Shown: one piece after another, positions 21,081 to 31,666 of the stretch | Position numbering within the stretch: the stretch's first letter is position 1 | Layout: the number at the start of each line of letters is the position of its first letter | From: a virus | Strand: one strand, 5' to 3' | IMG/VR virus record: IMGVR_UViG_3300037452_000118 | Coordinates: 1 to 64,000 of that record | DNA: 64,000 nucleotides | The notes under the pieces: generated by a model | Databases searched by the model: none | Seen by the model: the letters and a program-made list of their open reading frames with translations, nothing else | What the model was told of the DNA's origin: nothing | Translations under genes and position numbers: made by a program

Positions 21081-21605
21081 ATGACATATCGGGACGAGCT
21101 CACGAAGGCGATGACTTGGCTCGGCGGTCAGCCGCGAACGATCTTCCTTGGCCAGGCGATTCAATATCCCGGCACCGGGATGACGAGTTCTTTCGGTGGC
21201 GTTCCTTCCGGCAAGTTGCTCGAGCTGCCCGTGGCGGAGCAGATGCAGATGGGGATGTCGATCGGCCTCGCGCTCGCCGGCGATCTTCCCGTCAGCATCT
21301 ACCCGCGGCAAAACTTCCTGCTCTGCGCGATGGATCAGCTCGTGAATCATCTCGACAAAATCCCGATGTTCTCCGACTATCGGCCGAAGGTGATAATCAG
21401 GACGGCAGTATGCTCGCCGACGCCGCTTGATCCAGGGCCTCAGCACCTTTTCGAGCACAGCGATGCCTTCCGCGCGATGCTCAAAACCGTTACCGTCGTG
21501 CGGCTCTGGCGCGCCCGCGACATCATGCCGGAATACGAGGCGGCGCTCGCCCGGCCGCTGTCGACCATCATCACGGAATATCCGGAGCTCTACGATGCCG
21601 AATGA
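21081..21605 (+). CDS. TPP-dependent enzyme, E1-beta/transketolase pyrimidine-binding subunit
   Basis: FLGQ, ELPVAEQMQMGMSIGLAL, DQLVNH, GPQH. Confidence 0.82.
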   Translation: MTYRDELTKAMTWLGGQPRTIFLGQAIQYPGTGMTSSFGGVPSGKLLELPVAEQMQMGMSIGLALAGDLPVSIYPRQNFLLCAMDQLVNHLDKIPMFSDYRPKVIIRTAVCSPTPLDPGPQHLFEHSDAFRAMLKTVTVVRLWRARDIMPEYEAALARPLSTIITEYPELYDAE

Positions 21606-22809
21606 TTGGTGGTTTCCGACCGCGTTTGCGTCTTGGAAGCCGGGCGACGGATCGGAGGAAGACCAGGCGCTTCATCGCGTTCTGCGGTCTGGCCAGCTAA
21701 CTATGGGGCCGGAGGTAGCGGCGCTGGAGCGCGAGTTCGCCGATTTCCACGGCCGCAAGTACGCGATAATGACGAACAGCGGATCATCGGCAAACGAACT
21801 CGCGGTCGCCTGTCTTTTCCACAAGCACCGCAATCCGTTGCGCCGCGATGATGACGAATGGCGCGGGCGGCACGCTGTTACTCCCGCGTTGGCGTGGAAT
21901 ACGACTTACGGTCCATGCGTGCGAAACGGCTTGAAGCTGATCCTTGCCGACGCCGACGCGTCTTGGAACGCCCCGGCGGACAATCCTGATTGGGGATATG
22001 CCGCGGGATGCCCCCGCCTCATCGTTATCTGTCCGATACTTGGTAACCCTGCTTACGGCGCTGAGTGGGTACAAGTTGCCAAGGAAAGCGGCGCATATCT
22101 GGTCGAGGATGCGTGCGAGTCGTTTGGCGCGGTTGATCCCGAAGGGCAACGCTGCGGTACGCGCGGTCTTCTCAGTACGTTCTCGTTTTTCTATTCTCAC
22201 CAAATTTCTGGCATCGAGGGCGGCTGCGTCGTCACGGATGACGAAGAACTCGCAAACCTCTGCCGCATCCTGCGCGCCCATGGCTGGACCCGCGACGTGT
22301 GGCATGATCCGTTCGGGAACCCGTCGCGCCCTCCACGCTTCGAATTGGAATATGACTTTACTCATTTCGGGCACAACGTCAGGCCCCTGGAAATGCACGC
22401 CGCCGTGGCGCGCGAGCAACTGAAGAAAACGGCGACGTTCCAGGCTGCGCGGTGGTCCAACTACGTCGTCTTCCGCAATCTGGTCCGCGATTTGCCGATC
22501 AAACTGCCGCAGCTCCGCGGCGCGCCGAACCCGTTCAGCCTGCATTTCACCTGCGAGAGCGAGGAAGTGCGGCGCGATCTAGTCGTGGCCCTGCGCGCGA
22601 ACGGGATCGACTGCCGGCCGCCGACCGGCGGCAGTCTGAGGCTCCATAGGGTAGGTATGCCATACGCGAACCAGCAGACGCCGAACGCGGATGCTATACA
22701 TCGCACAGGTCTTTTTTTAGGTTGCGCCCCGTTCGAAATTTCCGAAAAAATAGAGAAGGCCGCGAAGGTGATGCGGGCGGTGTTCGACGCGAAGGCGAGG
22801 GCGGCATGA
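21595..22809 (+). CDS. DegT/DnrJ-family PLP enzyme, ColD/E1-type NDP-4-keto-6-deoxyhexose 3-dehydratase-like
   Basis: NSGSSAN, EDACES, FSFFYSHQI with His where aminotransferases have the catalytic Lys, EGG. Confidence 0.78.
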   Translation: MPNDWWFPTAFASWKPGDGSEEDQALHRVLRSGQLTMGPEVAALEREFADFHGRKYAIMTNSGSSANELAVACLFHKHRNPLRRDDDEWRGRHAVTPALAWNTTYGPCVRNGLKLILADADASWNAPADNPDWGYAAGCPRLIVICPILGNPAYGAEWVQVAKESGAYLVEDACESFGAVDPEGQRCGTRGLLSTFSFFYSHQISGIEGGCVVTDDEELANLCRILRAHGWTRDVWHDPFGNPSRPPRFELEYDFTHFGHNVRPLEMHAAVAREQLKKTATFQAARWSNYVVFRNLVRDLPIKLPQLRGAPNPFSLHFTCESEEVRRDLVVALRANGIDCRPPTGGSLRLHRVGMPYANQQTPNADAIHRTGLFLGCAPFEISEKIEKAAKVMRAVFDAKARAA

Positions 22810-22869
22810 ATAATTTACTTGTAACTGGCGACGAAAAGATATATAGGCTCCTAAATCCTAGGGGCTGCG

Positions 22870-23412
22870 ATGAAAACCGGCAGCAATAAGCGATACATTG
22901 GGCGCGTTGTCGGCCTCGTCGACAAAAAAACTGTTGAGAAAGCTAAAGCTGTCGGGATTGAAAATATCGCGGGCGGCTCCATCAATAAAAAAGACAAACG
23001 AGTTCGTATTTTCGTCAAGGGATTGTATCCAGGCGCCCACCCAAGTGGCGGATACGCGCTGCGGTCGCGGGTAGTTTGGTGGCTCAATACGGGAGAGGTA
23101 CTTCACGGTTTAGAAAAAAACATCCACCACAAAAATCACGTAAGGTCCGATGACAGATTTTCAAATCTGGAGAAAATAGGCCATCATGATCATACCAGAT
23201 TGCACAATCCAAAAACTGTTGAGATGGTTGAACGAACTTGCATTCATTGTTTGCATTTTTTCACGATAGAACGGTGGCGGTTGAAAGATGAGTCGAGAGG
23301 AAGATTTTGTTCGCAAAAGTGTTATCAGGCTCATCCGAAGAGTAAAGAATCCAGACAGAAGCAGGGTATATCCCTGCGTGCAAAATATGCGGAAGGATGG
23401 AGACCGCGATGA
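22870..23412 (+). CDS. Free-standing HNH endonuclease
   Basis: IHHKNHVRSDDRFSNLE..HTRLH, CxxC and FCSQKC; AT-rich. Confidence 0.8.
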   Translation: MKTGSNKRYIGRVVGLVDKKTVEKAKAVGIENIAGGSINKKDKRVRIFVKGLYPGAHPSGGYALRSRVVWWLNTGEVLHGLEKNIHHKNHVRSDDRFSNLEKIGHHDHTRLHNPKTVEMVERTCIHCLHFFTIERWRLKDESRGRFCSQKCYQAHPKSKESRQKQGISLRAKYAEGWRPR

Positions 23413-24332
23413 AAATAATCGTGTCGGGCGGGGCCGGATTTTTAGGAGCTATTCTCGTTCCTGCGCTTCTCGATGTTGGCCACAACGTCACGGTTTTAGA
23501 TTCTTTTCGGTGGGACCAGAACAGCCTCGCGCACGTCTGCGCCGATCCAGGCCTTGAGATCGTGCGCGGCGACGCCCGCGACCCGCGCGTGCTCGGCCAT
23601 CTCCTGCCGCAGGCCGATTGCATCATCCCGCTCGCCGCCCTCGTCGGCGCACCGCTGTGCGACGCCGACCGGGAGGGCGCGATCAGCACCAACCTGGGGG
23701 CCATCGAAACGCTCTGCCGGACGGCATCGCGCGGCCAGATCATCCTCATGCCGACTACGAACAGCGGCTACGGCAACGGCGACTGGGTGACGGAGGACTC
23801 GCCGCTGAAGCCGGTCTCGCTCTACGGCGTCACCAAGGTGCAGGCGGAGCAGGCCGTCTTGGAGCGCGGCAACGCGGTCAGCTTCCGGCTCGCCACGGTC
23901 TTCGGCATGTCGCCGCGCATGCGTTTGGATCTGCTCGTAAACGACTTCGTGCACCGCGCCGTAAACGACCGCGCGCTCGTACTTTTCGAGGCGCACTTCA
24001 AGCGGAACTACATCGGAATCCGTGACGTCGCCCGCGCCTTCGTCCACGGCATCGACAACTTCGACCGGATGAAAGATCAGGCCTACAACGTCGGCCTCTC
24101 CGACGCCAACCTGTCGAAGATGGAGCTCTGCTCGGTCATCCAGAAGCACGTTCCCTCGTTCGTGTTCTATGAATCCGAGATAGGCTCCGATCCAGACAAA
24201 AGAAATTATTTGGTCAGCAACGCCAAGATCGAGGCCACGGGGTTCCGGCCGCTTACGTCACTCGACGACGGGATCGTCGAACTCATGAAGGGGATGCGGA
24301 TGATCAGCAACAGCAAGTACGGGAACATCTGA
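23409..24332 (+). CDS. NAD-dependent NDP-sugar epimerase/dehydratase (extended SDR)
   Basis: GGAGFLG, YGVTK, RLATVFG.SPRMRLDLLVNDF. Confidence 0.9.
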   Translation: MKIIVSGGAGFLGAILVPALLDVGHNVTVLDSFRWDQNSLAHVCADPGLEIVRGDARDPRVLGHLLPQADCIIPLAALVGAPLCDADREGAISTNLGAIETLCRTASRGQIILMPTTNSGYGNGDWVTEDSPLKPVSLYGVTKVQAEQAVLERGNAVSFRLATVFGMSPRMRLDLLVNDFVHRAVNDRALVLFEAHFKRNYIGIRDVARAFVHGIDNFDRMKDQAYNVGLSDANLSKMELCSVIQKHVPSFVFYESEIGSDPDKRNYLVSNAKIEATGFRPLTSLDDGIVELMKGMRMISNSKYGNI

Positions 24333-24361
24333 CGACTAGCTTCTGCTTAACAGGGACTATC

Positions 24362-25093
24362 ATGAGCGAAGATAAAACGGCCCTCTCCTATTGGTTTCCG
24401 AAGATCGCGGCGGCTGGCCTGCCGGTGCCGCGAACAAAGATTATTGAGATACCAAAGGAGGCACAGGAAAGCATCTGGAAATGGTTTGACGGCCAGTCCG
24501 GCAATGGCGCTGAAAAGCCGTTCCTCGCCGACCTAGCGGCGGCGGCGACCGAAATGGGATTTCCATGCTTCCTGCGAACCGACCATACGTCCAATAAGCA
24601 TTCTTGGCAGGAAACCTGTTTCCTCACATCGGCCGACAAAATCGCTCAGCACGTCTATAACCTCGCCGAATTTTCCGAGATCACCAACATGATCGGCATC
24701 CCTTGGAACACTTGGGTCGTCCGTGAATTTTTGCCGACGATGCCACTCGGCGTTTGTCCCGCCTATGGCAACATGCCGATCTGCCGCGAATTTCGATACT
24801 TTGTGGACGAGGGCAAAATCCGCTGCGTTCATCCCTACTGGCCTGACTATGCGCTGGAACAAGGCGGCGTTGATCTTGCCACGTTCGACTACAAAGCGCT
24901 CTGCGCCGGTCAGGTGCCCGGCTTGGATTGCCTCGCCGAAGAAGCTGGTAAAGCGGTCGGCGGTTCCTGGTCCATCGACATCCTCGAAACGCGCAACGGC
25001 TGGTACGTCACCGACATGGCCGAAGCGCATACGTCGTTTCATTGGGATGGCTGTGCGATGGCAACAGACAAGCGCCGCAAAGTTGCCGGTTAA
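24362..25093 (+). CDS. ATP-grasp-like protein
   Basis: FLRT..S.KH, VVREF, EFRYFV, WSIDI...WYVTD. Confidence 0.55.
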   Translation: MSEDKTALSYWFPKIAAAGLPVPRTKIIEIPKEAQESIWKWFDGQSGNGAEKPFLADLAAAATEMGFPCFLRTDHTSNKHSWQETCFLTSADKIAQHVYNLAEFSEITNMIGIPWNTWVVREFLPTMPLGVCPAYGNMPICREFRYFVDEGKIRCVHPYWPDYALEQGGVDLATFDYKALCAGQVPGLDCLAEEAGKAVGGSWSIDILETRNGWYVTDMAEAHTSFHWDGCAMATDKRRKVAG

Positions 25094-25110
25094 CTGAGGT
25101 TTAGACAAAA

Positions 25111-25983
25111 ATGCGCATCATCGTCGTCGGCGCCTCCGGGCTGATCGGCTCCGCCGTCGAGGCCGCAGCGCGCAAGGCCGGGCACGAGGTCGTCGGCACC
25201 TACGCGACGCGGCCGCGCGAGGGGCTGCTGCGGTTCGACGTGACGAAGGAAAACCTCCTCGACGTCGTCCCCGACCTCGGCGCTGACGACCGCGTGATGC
25301 TGATGTCGGCGGCGATCGATCAGGCGTGGGTGCAGGCGCACCCCGGCGAGTCGCACGCCGTCAACTACATCGGCGCCGTCGAGGTCGCCTCTGCGGCGCT
25401 GATGCGGGGGGCTTACCTCGTCTTCATGTCCAGCGAGGCGGTCTTCGGCATACCGGTCGGCGCGTACGGGTTCGGCGAGGACTCCGCGCCGGCGCCATTC
25501 GGCCTCTACGCCGAGCAGAAGGTCAAGGTGGAGCAGCGCCTCCCGCTCCGCGAGGCCTGCGTCGCGAGAGCCGGCCACGTCGTCGGCTGGGGCGCCGGGG
25601 ATACGCGGGACGCCGTTTCCGCGACCTACCGCGCGCTGCTCCAGCCGTACACGCGGATGGCCTACGACAACCTGTTCACGGTCACCGCCGTCGAGGACAT
25701 CGCCATGGGGCTCCTCCGTGCCGCCGAGCGCAGGACGTGCGGGGTGCTGCACCTCGCCGCCAACCCGCCAGTGTCGCGGACGCAGCTAGCGGACTGGATC
25801 AAGGCGTCGAGCCGGCACGGCGACCGGATGCGGTACCATCGCGTCCAGGTGGCGAGCCTGCCGATGGTCAGGGCGCCGCAGGCTTGGCTGCGCAGCGACC
25901 GCGCCGCGGAGCTCGGGCTGACCTTCGCGGAGCCGCGCTCCATCGTAGAGCGCAAAGTGGCGATCTTGGATCAGGAGATATGA
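25111..25983 (+). CDS. RmlD-like NDP-4-keto-sugar reductase (SDR)
   Basis: GASGLIG, SSEAVF, YAEQK. Confidence 0.8.
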   Translation: MRIIVVGASGLIGSAVEAAARKAGHEVVGTYATRPREGLLRFDVTKENLLDVVPDLGADDRVMLMSAAIDQAWVQAHPGESHAVNYIGAVEVASAALMRGAYLVFMSSEAVFGIPVGAYGFGEDSAPAPFGLYAEQKVKVEQRLPLREACVARAGHVVGWGAGDTRDAVSATYRALLQPYTRMAYDNLFTVTAVEDIAMGLLRAAERRTCGVLHLAANPPVSRTQLADWIKASSRHGDRMRYHRVQVASLPMVRAPQAWLRSDRAAELGLTFAEPRSIVERKVAILDQEI

Positions 25984-26207
25984 CGATGTGCGAAACTTGT
26001 GCGAACAAACTTCTGGAGCTGGCCGAAGCGGCGATGCCTCTTCCCGATCAAATGGGCGACGGGCGTGCCGCCAACACTCTGCGAGACGCGGCCAAGACTA
26101 TTCGTCCCATAGAAAATCTGGCTCTGCGCCAACTTGCAAACAGCACGCTCCCCAATGAGCTTGTTGGTATCAGGCTGCGTGAGATATTCGGCAACGGAGC
26201 GTAGAAG

Positions 26208-27308
26208 ATGGCCCGAGTTCTCGTCATCGGCGGCGGGTTCGCCGGCTGCATCGCGGCGCAGATGCTGGCGGGGCGCCACGACGTCACCGTCGTCGAGCGG
26301 GCGCCGTTCCTCGGCGGCAGCTGCAAGACGTTCACATGGGGCGGCCACCCCTACACGCTGGGGCCACGGCACTTCCTCACGAAGAACGAGGACGCCTGGA
26401 ACTACCTCGACAGGTTCTGCCCGATGCACCGGTTTCCCGGCCACGAGTTCCTGACCTACGTCGAGCGCGACGCGCAGTTCTGCCACTACCCGATCCACGA
26501 GGACGACGTCGAGGCGATGCCGGACCGCGACGCCATCCGCGCGGAGCTGGCGGCGTGCCCCGGCGCGGCGGGAGCGCGGAACCTGGAGGAATATTGGCTG
26601 CTCTCGGTCGGCCCGACGCTCTACGACAAGGTCGTCAAGAACTACTCGAAGAAGATGTGGGGGATCGAGAGCAACACCGAGATCACGGACTTCGGCTTCA
26701 CGCCGAAGGGCGTCGCGCTGAAGCGCGGGCCGGTCAAGGCGGCGTGGAGCGAGGCGATGTCCGGCTTCCCGAAGGCGATGAACGGCTACGACGACTACTT
26801 CGGCATGGCGACGAAGGACTCGAAGGTGTTCCTGGGCACCAACATCGACGATTTCGACATGCCGAATCGCAAGGTCAAGATCGCCGGCGAGTGGAGCGCC
26901 TGGGACGTCATCGTCAGCACGGTGTCGGTCGAGGTCATCCTCAAGAACGCGCTGGGGCCGCTGCGCTGGGCGGGACGCGACTTCCTCAAGGTCGTACTGC
27001 CCGTCGAGCATTGCCTCCCGAAGGACGTCTACTTCCTCTACTACGCCAACGCGGAGCCGTTCACCCGGATCGTCGAGTACAAGAAGTTCTACCGCTACGA
27101 GGCGCCGACGACGCTGATCGGCATCGAGATACCCTCGACGAAGAACAAGCTCTACCCGTTCCCGATGAAGCGGGACCAGGATTTGCACGCGGAGTACCTG
27201 AAGCTGCTTCCGCCGAACGTCTTCTCGACGGGCCGAAACGGCACCTACCGCTACATCGATGTCGGGGTTATGATCGAACAGGGATTCGAGATGTTCCGTG
27301 ACGTTTGA
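26208..27308 (+). CDS. UDP-galactopyranose mutase-like flavoenzyme
   Basis: GGGFAG, YSKKMWG, FTRIVEYK, YPFP, GR.GTYRYID. Confidence 0.8.
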   Translation: MARVLVIGGGFAGCIAAQMLAGRHDVTVVERAPFLGGSCKTFTWGGHPYTLGPRHFLTKNEDAWNYLDRFCPMHRFPGHEFLTYVERDAQFCHYPIHEDDVEAMPDRDAIRAELAACPGAAGARNLEEYWLLSVGPTLYDKVVKNYSKKMWGIESNTEITDFGFTPKGVALKRGPVKAAWSEAMSGFPKAMNGYDDYFGMATKDSKVFLGTNIDDFDMPNRKVKIAGEWSAWDVIVSTVSVEVILKNALGPLRWAGRDFLKVVLPVEHCLPKDVYFLYYANAEPFTRIVEYKKFYRYEAPTTLIGIEIPSTKNKLYPFPMKRDQDLHAEYLKLLPPNVFSTGRNGTYRYIDVGVMIEQGFEMFRDV

Positions 27309-27874
27309 GCTGTCTCCTAGCGCCGAAAAACGCTAGTGAATGGCAATAAGGTGCCTCCTATGAAGGCTGGAGGCGGGACTGCCAGGATCGGCCCCGGATC
27401 AAGGACCAACAGGGGCACCTAATTTGTTCCGCGACGTATAGGAGGGATCATGACCCCGCAAGTCGAGATCGCTTTGGCTGCTCCAGTATTCGATCCAGAG
27501 CGCCAGATCACTACCAAGTTTTTCTGGTATCCTGAGCGCCTGATCAGCGCCGGGCTGACCTGCAACATCGGGATGGAATGAAGCCGCTATGCCGGAGGCA
27601 GGCCGCTTTGGCAGCTCAGCCTTTCCTACCACGATCCCGAGACAGGTAGGCCGGTGCCGGTGCTCCGTTGGAGCCCAACGAAATGGCGGAAGGCGGAAGA
27701 ATTGAGAGATCGCATCATGCGCGGCGTCGGCACGGACGAGGAATGGGTAACCGAGGAAATGTCGGCGCAATTTGGAATGAGAGCTTACGCCGTTCACTAT
27801 CGGCGCCCGCTGCGCATCGACGAAATCGCGCGGATGGCGCCGACTACTGAAGTCAGAGAGAGGCCTGGAAGACC

Positions 27875-29680
27875 ATGACCGCGCTGCCTGCCGTCAACCT
27901 AGCGCCGGACCGCGACAAGGTGGCCGCCTTTTTCGCGCGGTATTTCCCGCGCAACGTCCGGCGCGTGCTGCTGGTCAACCCGCCAGACGCCGACTCCAGC
28001 CTGTTCCGCATCGAGACGGCCAAGCGCGGGCGCTATACCAACTACCCGCCCTATGGGCTCGGCGTGCTGGCGCAAAATCTCCGCGACGTCGGTGTCGACG
28101 TACGGCTGATCAATTTGAACCACATCGTGCTGAAGGCGGCGCGGTCGGGCGGCGCATTCGACTTCGACAAAACGTGGCAGGACGCGCTGTGGGCCGAGAT
28201 CGGGGACTTCGACCCCGACCTGGTCGGCGTCACCTGCATGTTCACGATGACGCATACGTCCTTCAAGCGGGTCTGCGAGTACGCCGCCAAGGAGTGCGGC
28301 GCCGTCGTCGCCATCGGCGGCGTGCACGTCACCAACGACGTCGAGCGCGTGCTGGACGACGTGCCCCACGCCCGCGTCGCTTTCCTACGCGAGGGCGACG
28401 TGGCCATCAAGAGCTTCGTCGCCACCGCCAACGGGGGCGCCCTCGGCGGGATGGGCCAGGTCATCCTCGACGACGGCGCCGAGCGGTTCCGCTTCACCGC
28501 CGAGCGCCAGCCGGGGGAGGACGAGATCGACGTGCTGCCGGCCTACGACCTCTGCGACATCGGCGAGCTGTCCCAGCACGGCACCGTCGGCGCCTTCTAC
28601 TGCTTCAAGCCGAAGGGCGCCCGCTTCGCTACGGTGCTGTCTAATCGCGGCTGCCGGGCGCAGTGCACGTTCTGCAGCGTCCGCAACTTCAACGGCAAGC
28701 GGGTGCGCCAGCGCAGCGTCGGCTCCGTGCTCGACGAGCTCCAGCTGCTCGAGGAGGTCCACGGCATCGACCACGTCATGTGGCTCGACGACGACCTGCT
28801 CAAGGACCACGCCCGCGCGATCGCGCTGTTCGATGGCAAGGTATCCCGCGGCCTGAAGATGACGTGGGACGCGACCAACGGGCTGATCGCGGCGTCGTGC
28901 ACCGACGAGGTCGTCGCGGCGATGGCGGCGTCGGGCTGCATCGCCGTCAACATCGGCATGGAGTCCGGCTCGCCGGAGATCCTGCGCAAGGTCAAGAAGC
29001 CGGGGACTGTGGAGAACTTCGTCGAGGCCGCTGACATCCTGCGGAAATTTCCGCAGATACACTCCAGCGTCTTCCTCATGGTCGGCTTCCCCGGCGAGAC
29101 GATGGCCCAGATCACGCAGACGATCGACGTCGCGAGGCGCATGGACATGGACTGGTACCGGATCAGCCCGGTGCAGCCGCTGCCGAACACGCCGATGTAC
29201 GACGCGATGGTCGAGCAGGGCCTCGTCCAGGCCGTCGGCAGCAAGGAGCTGCGCTTCATGGGCGGCGCCTACGGCAAGCAGGCCGAGATCGAGCAGGGCC
29301 AGCGGATGACGACGGGGAGCTTCAAGGAGGCCTTCGCCGCGATCGCGCCGGGCGACGTGCCGACCGAGGACCAGATCACCGACATCTGGTTCTACATGAA
29401 CTTCCACCTCAATTTCCGCCGGCTGTTCGACGAGGACCGGCCGGTGAAGGTCGAGCAGCAGCTCGCCCACCTCCGCGCGCTGTCCGACGTCATCTCGCCG
29501 GAGAACGGCTTCGCGCTCTACTTCACCGCATACCTGCAGCGGAAGTTCCGCAGCGCCGTCCAGGACGGGCTGACGGACCGCCTGCGGGCGCGGCTGGACA
29601 CCTCGCCGTACTGGCGCGACCGCTTCGCGGCGTTCGATCTCAACGTGGACGATCTGATCCCTCGTGCGTCGGCGAAATAA
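27875..29680 (+). CDS. Second cobalamin-binding radical SAM enzyme
   Basis: YPPYGLG, GGVHVT, RGCRAQCTFC, GMESGS, GFPGET. Confidence 0.88.
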   Translation: MTALPAVNLAPDRDKVAAFFARYFPRNVRRVLLVNPPDADSSLFRIETAKRGRYTNYPPYGLGVLAQNLRDVGVDVRLINLNHIVLKAARSGGAFDFDKTWQDALWAEIGDFDPDLVGVTCMFTMTHTSFKRVCEYAAKECGAVVAIGGVHVTNDVERVLDDVPHARVAFLREGDVAIKSFVATANGGALGGMGQVILDDGAERFRFTAERQPGEDEIDVLPAYDLCDIGELSQHGTVGAFYCFKPKGARFATVLSNRGCRAQCTFCSVRNFNGKRVRQRSVGSVLDELQLLEEVHGIDHVMWLDDDLLKDHARAIALFDGKVSRGLKMTWDATNGLIAASCTDEVVAAMAASGCIAVNIGMESGSPEILRKVKKPGTVENFVEAADILRKFPQIHSSVFLMVGFPGETMAQITQTIDVARRMDMDWYRISPVQPLPNTPMYDAMVEQGLVQAVGSKELRFMGGAYGKQAEIEQGQRMTTGSFKEAFAAIAPGDVPTEDQITDIWFYMNFHLNFRRLFDEDRPVKVEQQLAHLRALSDVISPENGFALYFTAYLQRKFRSAVQDGLTDRLRARLDTSPYWRDRFAAFDLNVDDLIPRASAK

Positions 29681-29681
29681 A

Positions 29682-30668
29682 ATGCTTCTCGTGAAAACAA
29701 AAGCGGCACCAAGCGCGATTCACGGCACGGGGCTGTTTGCCGACGAGCCCATAAAGCGTGGCGCGATCGTCTGGCGCTTCGACGACAGCACGGAAGAATC
29801 GTTCAGCCCCGAGGAAGCGGAAGCGCTGCCGGAACCGAAACGCACGAGGGTTCTGAGCCTCGTGCACTCGTACATCAGCAACCCGGACGGGCGGTTTATC
29901 CTGAGCAAGGACGACGCGATCTACTTCAACCACTCGTTCGCCCCGAACGTCGTGGAGACCGGCGACGGCCGGTGCGCGGCCCTGCGCGACATCCCCCGCG
30001 GCGAGGAGTTGACCATCGACTACAGGGACTATGCCGAGGACAATCCCCTGAACTTCGAGGTGGCAATGAGCGACGAACTAAGATTCGATCCTTCGCGCTT
30101 CCGCTTGGACGCCGACGCCCGTTCGCTGTCCTATTGCAGCCTCGACGCCACGGTCGGCGTAGACGACAGGCTGGTCGACACGCTGGTCGCGGAGTCAGAG
30201 CGCCGCGGCGGCGTCAACGCGCGGGTCTGCCTGCACACGTCGCCGGAATCCAACTTCCACGAGATGGTCATCCTGGAGCGCCGGGGCTACTACTTCCCGC
30301 CGCACCGGCACACCAACAAGGCGCAGTCCTGCAACATCCTGCGCGGCGAGGCGGCCGTGTTCGTCTTCGACGACGCCGGCAACGTGAAGCGCACCTGCGT
30401 CCTGGGGCGCGACGGCAACCTGATCTTCAGGATCGGCGAGGAGCGCTACCACCTCACGCTGCCGCTGACGGACTTCATCGTCTACCACGAGGGCAAGCCC
30501 GGCCCGTTCGAGCGCGAGGGCGACAGCATCTACGCGGAGTGGGCGCCGAAGCGCGAGGACAAGGAGGCGGTCGCGAAGTATCTGGACCATCTCCGCCATT
30601 TCGTCGAGCCGCGCGTCGTGAAGGGGCCGATCATCGGCGACCCGCAAGAGCCGCCAGACGTGCCGTGA
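29682..30668 (+). CDS. SET-domain protein fused in frame to a WbuC-like cupin
   Basis: HGTGLFA, YFNHSFAPN, GEELTIDY (SET); RVCLH, HEMVI, PHRH, HEGKPGPF (cupin). Confidence 0.72.
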   Translation: MLLVKTKAAPSAIHGTGLFADEPIKRGAIVWRFDDSTEESFSPEEAEALPEPKRTRVLSLVHSYISNPDGRFILSKDDAIYFNHSFAPNVVETGDGRCAALRDIPRGEELTIDYRDYAEDNPLNFEVAMSDELRFDPSRFRLDADARSLSYCSLDATVGVDDRLVDTLVAESERRGGVNARVCLHTSPESNFHEMVILERRGYYFPPHRHTNKAQSCNILRGEAAVFVFDDAGNVKRTCVLGRDGNLIFRIGEERYHLTLPLTDFIVYHEGKPGPFEREGDSIYAEWAPKREDKEAVAKYLDHLRHFVEPRVVKGPIIGDPQEPPDVP

Positions 30669-31666
30669 TGATGCGGCCGACCGTCGTCAAGATCGCCGCC
30701 TGGGGCGACCGCCATATTGAGTCGCTGCACCAGAACATCCTGCCTTGCCTGCTGGCGCCGCGGAACCTGCCGGCGCTGTGCGCGGCGTCGGAGACGGAGC
30801 TGATCCTCTACACCGACAGGCCGGCCAATATCGACCCTGAGATCCCGGGTTTGACGGTGACCGTCCGCGTGCTGGCGCCGCTGCCGGACGCCGGCGACCT
30901 GCCGGCGAACCGCAGGGTGCTGGCGCGGACCGACGCGGAGAGCGCCCGGCTCGCCGCGGCGAGGGACGCCGACTGGTTCGGCCTCCAGGCCGACACCTTG
31001 ATCAGCGACGCCTTTCTGCCCAGGGTCAAGGACCTGCTCGTCGCGTACCTCGCCGTGGCCGGGAGCCCGATCAGGACGGACGCCGACGCCCTGCGGGCGG
31101 CCGCCGGCGCGCGCCGCGCCTTCGACGCCGCCGACCTGCGCCGCCTCTCGATGGCCTGCCTGCACCCGGTGACGGCGGGCTACTTCGTCCGCGACCCGCC
31201 GGCCACGATCCCGGCCGACCCGCACCAGCTGCTGTTCCGCACCGCCAGCGGCTTCGCGGCGCGGACCTGGCAGTTTTGCCCGTTCGGCATCAGCCCCGAG
31301 GGTTTGCGGCCGATGATGACGTCCGACGAGGATTCGGAGCAGCCGATCGACGACGAGTCGACCATCGACTGCTACCTCGTCCAGAACCTGCCGTCGGCGC
31401 GGGTACGCTTCCACCGCCCGGCGACGGACGACTTCTACCTGACCAGCCTCGACGATCCGTCCGGCATCCCGAGGTTCGGCGAGTTCGAGATGTCGGCGGC
31501 CGGCGTCGCGGGCTCGATCCGCAAGTTCTCGCGGGACTACGGTGATGTCATCAACTACGGCGTCGCGCTTCGGCAGCGGTTCGCCTACCCGACGGAGGTC
31601 GCGCTGCCGGACAGCCTCGGCGAGGAGGAGACGCTGGAAGCGGTACGCAAGGCGCTGACGCCGTAA
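30668..31666 (+). CDS. Hypothetical protein, possible glycosyltransferase-like (paralog 1)
   Basis: N-terminal IAAWGDRHI..PCLLAPRNL..LYTD, shared with 32132 and 37724. Confidence 0.45.
   Translation: MMRPTVVKIAAWGDRHIESLHQNILPCLLAPRNLPALCAASETELILYTDRPANIDPEIPGLTVTVRVLAPLPDAGDLPANRRVLARTDAESARLAAARDADWFGLQADTLISDAFLPRVKDLLVAYLAVAGSPIRTDADALRAAAGARRAFDAADLRRLSMACLHPVTAGYFVRDPPATIPADPHQLLFRTASGFAARTWQFCPFGISPEGLRPMMTSDEDSEQPIDDESTIDCYLVQNLPSARVRFHRPATDDFYLTSLDDPSGIPRFGEFEMSAAGVAGSIRKFSRDYGDVINYGVALRQRFAYPTEVALPDSLGEEETLEAVRKALTP

Noticed and set aside
27246-27272. Gapped match of guide 35596-35644 to YRYIDVGVM in the UGM-like gene
   Set aside because: Only 12/18 nt, which is expected by chance in 64 kb; similar partial matches of other units elsewhere in the window were also discarded
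27345-27425. Second structured RNA (AGGTGCCTC/GGGGCACCT stem, one GACCAAC)
   Set aside because: Short imperfect stem, no pentamer periodicity; evidence too weak
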